A stretch of 64,000 nt of DNA, from NCBI GenBank assembly GCA_009859145.1, contig VRVR01000054.1, positions 144,497 to 208,496 on the forward strand, given 5' to 3'. Both the position numbers and the translations under genes were made by a program. How positions within the stretch are numbered: the stretch's first letter is position 1; each line of letters opens with the position of its first letter. This DNA is from Andalucia godoyi And28. Lineage: Eukaryota > Protista > Jakobida. This document shows, piece after piece, positions 62,672 through 64,000 of the stretch. Under the pieces are notes generated by a model that saw only the letters and a program-made list of their open reading frames with translations, was not told where the DNA came from and did no database searches.

Positions 62672-64000
62672 ACACGATGCCAGTGGGCAATAGCTCCACT
62701 GTACCCGCCAAAAGTCTTGGTACTAATGACGGGGTAAGTTCGTGGACAGAGAAAACGGATCATTTTGTCGGTAGCTTACGTCTACTACGCAAGGACGAAG
62801 AAATGGAAGAGGGCGATTTCTGCGGAAGTCCCGGTAAATAACGGGCTCAAACAGATACCTTCTGGTCAGCCATGGTGCAAGCCCCCGTTCCGCAGGATGT
62901 GTTCCGAGATTTTCGTTACGCAGTCTTCCGCTTCCCGATAATCAGGATAAGAGAGTGTATGGTGCCACTTGCTTTTGAACAATCACAGAAAGTGGACTAA
63001 AAGAAAACAAGGCTCTCAGACCATGGAGCGACAACCGACAACAATCAGATTAATAAACAGAGCAAGGGATGACATGGAAATAATAGAAATAACATTTAGA
63101 AACAAAGTCCAGATGGACAAGCGCTGCGTCTGAATCACTCCAAACACTGCTGACTGTGTTTGGCGCTCTCTAGAATTCAGCGGGGAAATTCGTCTGCTAG
63201 GTCTGATTCACATAGCTGTGAACGGTTCAACTCCATTCGTTGACGCTTTCGATCCAATCTTTCTTGCTCTTAGGAGTCATTCTTATCGGTCCTTATTGGT
63301 TTGCAACACCAGACAATGTCGGAATCCGGTGCGAACAGCTCCAGTATAATGTCGCCGTTTCCATACAGCTTGTCGGAGTCTAAAACGAAGAAGCATGTGA
63401 AAAGATTGTCGAGTCACGGCAATGGGACATTTGTCGTCTCTCTCCTCTATGGCTCTTTCTTATCGCATCGATAGGCCCTAGAGCTGCTTGTGTGGCATCT
63501 GAAGGTACGAAGATCGTTTTTATGCGGAAGTCGGCAATGTTTATGTGATGGTTTAATAGATGAAGACGTCAGTGCACTGCATCTGGAACTGCAGACACTG
63601 CCGCTTGCTCGGTGTCGAAGCACGTATCGTTTCTTCATCCAACATCTCTCCAACTCTCTTGGTTGCTGCGTGGTCACTAAAAGCCTGACATAATCTCGGA
63701 CGTACACGACGATTGACGTAATTTCACATGGATTGATATGAATGCTTGGTGAGGGAGACCTCTTCATTCAACGAATCTGTTCTTCTCACGGCTTTATGTT
63801 TCCAAATGCTTAACGCTATGGTGCTGAGCACACCTGGAAGGCAAGTGACTGCAACGATTCAAACTCAAGCAAGACTGACACTTTCATTTTTTTTTACCCA
63901 CTAATGCATTTCATTCGCTTCCAGCAGCCCTTCGTGGAGTGATTCTTGCCCAGCCAGCTTCTCCTTCTTTCGCCACCGTCTCCGATAGTGTAGAATCAGC

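Noticed and set aside
1-64000. CRISPR arrays, rRNA, tRNA, snRNA
   Set aside because: None recognised; all tandem arrays are simple repeats without unique spacers.

Overview
Gene-dense, intron-poor eukaryotic DNA, most likely a unicellular protist. It uses the standard code, and GC-richer coding regions are separated by short AT-rich, microsatellite-laden spacers. The first ~50 kb is intact housekeeping/signalling sequence, often in head-to-head pairs: a homeodomain protein (runs off the left edge, absent from the ORF track), acyl-CoA oxidase, BolA, Nop9-like, Tat-SF1, RFC4, Rab3GAP1, WW-MyTH4-RhoGAP, Mon1, EAPP, a BLTP3-like lipid-transfer protein, a coiled-coil protein, CSN8, a GAF/tandem degenerate-cyclase protein, an Mpo1-like/aldonolactone-oxidase fusion, Ras (one intron), a hidden 47-aa spliced gene, a CAR-like GPCR, TANGO2, an EcKL/APH kinase, two probable GPI-anchored proteins and an SLC26 transporter. 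From ~50 kb to the end the spacers lose their microsatellites and most genes are broken. The relics are an IS630-Tc1 DD34E transposase, a DUF4258-like + KH gene, an SF2 helicase, a subtilisin and a PrimPol-type primase, with an intact GT77-like glycosyltransferase and an intact IFI27-like gene among them. All family assignments are by-eye motif recognition; no database searches were run. Several ORF-track starts are non-ATG and were moved to the first in-frame ATG.
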